From contig LVLI01000565.1 in the NCBI GenBank assembly GCA_001687465.1, forward strand, positions 1-64,000: a stretch of 64,000 bases of DNA, read 5' to 3'. Source of the DNA: Halocafeteria seosinensis (taxonomy: Eukaryota). The position numbers and the translations under genes were made by a program. This document shows, in pieces, positions 63,116-64,000 of the stretch (position 1 is its first letter; each line of letters begins with the position of its first letter). The notes beneath the pieces are model-generated. The model ran no database searches, had not been told where the DNA came from, and saw only the letters and a list, made by a program, of their open reading frames with translations.

Positions 63116-63925
63116 TCAGTGTTCTAGTATCGATATTTTAGAAGGGAGCATTTTTAGGAGTTGTTCGTGCTGAAGTAGCTGAGTGACCATCATGGAGGCA
63201 TTGGTGATTTCGTACTGGACCCCGATGTAATATTCGCACTCTCCGTAAGGACCAATAACAGGTTTCAAGGACAGCAAGTTCTGGAATTTTTCCCCGTTTT
63301 TCCTGTAGTTTAATATATTTACATGGCACTCTCTGTTTCGTGCTATGTTGCTCCGAATCATCTCCACGGCCTCTGGATCCGTTTCCGGACCCTGGAGGAA
63401 ACGGCAATTTCTTCCTTCAGCTTCTCGTCTGGAGTACTTAGTGGTGCGCGTAAAAGCCTCGTTTACGAACACTATAGGAAGACCTGCTGCCATTTTATCA
63501 GCGATGACGATACACGTCGGAAGCAAGTCAGCAATCGACTTGAACATCCCAAGCCACTCTTTCCTTCCACGGGGGGCAATTTCTTTTGACTTCCCTACCA
63601 TTTCCTGGAGTTTCGAGTCCTGCAAGTCTTGAAGCATCTTCTGGCATTCTTCACTTTGCAAAAATCTTGGAAAGCAATCCATAGCCATCATTTTAACCAC
63701 CTCATCCTGAGCCTCTTCCAACACAGGGTACGGGTCATCGCTTATAGAGCTGCAACGAATTTCTGAAGGGAATCCCAGATCTTGCGAGGAGCCTGGCCTC
63801 AAAAATTTGTTGTAAACGTCCACTGCTTCCCGTCTCAAGTGGCCAGCTTCTCTGTCTAACGGTGTTCCATTCTGTTTGGCTTGTTTAATTTGCTCCACAT
63901 GTTGATAGAAAGATAAGTGATCGTC
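63116..63925 (-). CDS. RGS-LOV putative photoreceptor, paralog 2 (last exon; the 5' part lies beyond the window, intron 63926-64000)
   Basis: DDHLSFY...VYNKFL...MDCFPRFLQS, then GRNCRFLQGPET...LNYRKNG...GVQ. Collinear with paralog 1 and shares its intron position. Confidence 0.92.
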   Translation of the reverse strand, partial: DDHLSFYQHVEQIKQAKQNGTPLDREAGHLRREAVDVYNKFLRPGSSQDLGFPSEIRCSSISDDPYPVLEEAQDEVVKMMAMDCFPRFLQSEECQKMLQDLQDSKLQEMVGKSKEIAPRGRKEWLGMFKSIADLLPTCIVIADKMAAGLPIVFVNEAFTRTTKYSRREAEGRNCRFLQGPETDPEAVEMIRSNIARNRECHVNILNYRKNGEKFQNLLSLKPVIGPYGECEYYIGVQYEITNASMMVTQLLQHEQLLKMLPSKISILEH

Positions 63926-64000
63926 CTGTAAACAATCAGTGTCAGGTTCAGGTTGCATACAAGTGGTAGCGCCGTAAATACAAATTAAGCGATTGCTTAC

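Noticed and set aside
1..64000. Alternative genetic code, selenocysteine read-through or non-canonical introns
   Set aside because: In the gene models I traced, the frame breaks resolve with GT-AG introns and all three stop codons are used as terminators.

Overview
Gene-dense eukaryotic nuclear DNA with short (mostly about 60-80 nt) GT-AG introns. The organism is probably a flagellated protist; RGS-LOV genes hint at a stramenopile, but the sequence alone does not establish this. The window opens with decayed CRE/RLE-type non-LTR retrotransposon fragments and a candidate inverted-repeat element. About 28 protein genes follow: two purple acid phosphatase paralogs, three amino-acid transporter genes, DCC1, ZNHIT3, FAN1, a RAP/FAST-like helical repeat protein, COMMD4, TFIIH p52, NIPA-like, PP2A B'', NR2C2AP, NADAR, WDR4, SmD1, syntaxin-5, a class-3 lipase, a CH+TBC RabGAP, LRRC51, PCMT1 and several unknowns. 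The two most notable items are (1) an inverted pair of single RGS + single LOV putative blue-light receptors, one with an MGACQSK dual-acylation N-terminus and the two differing at a key RGS residue, and (2) an intronless gene made of two tandem GxxExxY-like PD-(D/E)XK domains, one apparently active and one apparently dead, which may be a bacterial or viral acquisition. All family assignments come from motif recognition by eye; no searches were run. Exon boundaries were read manually.
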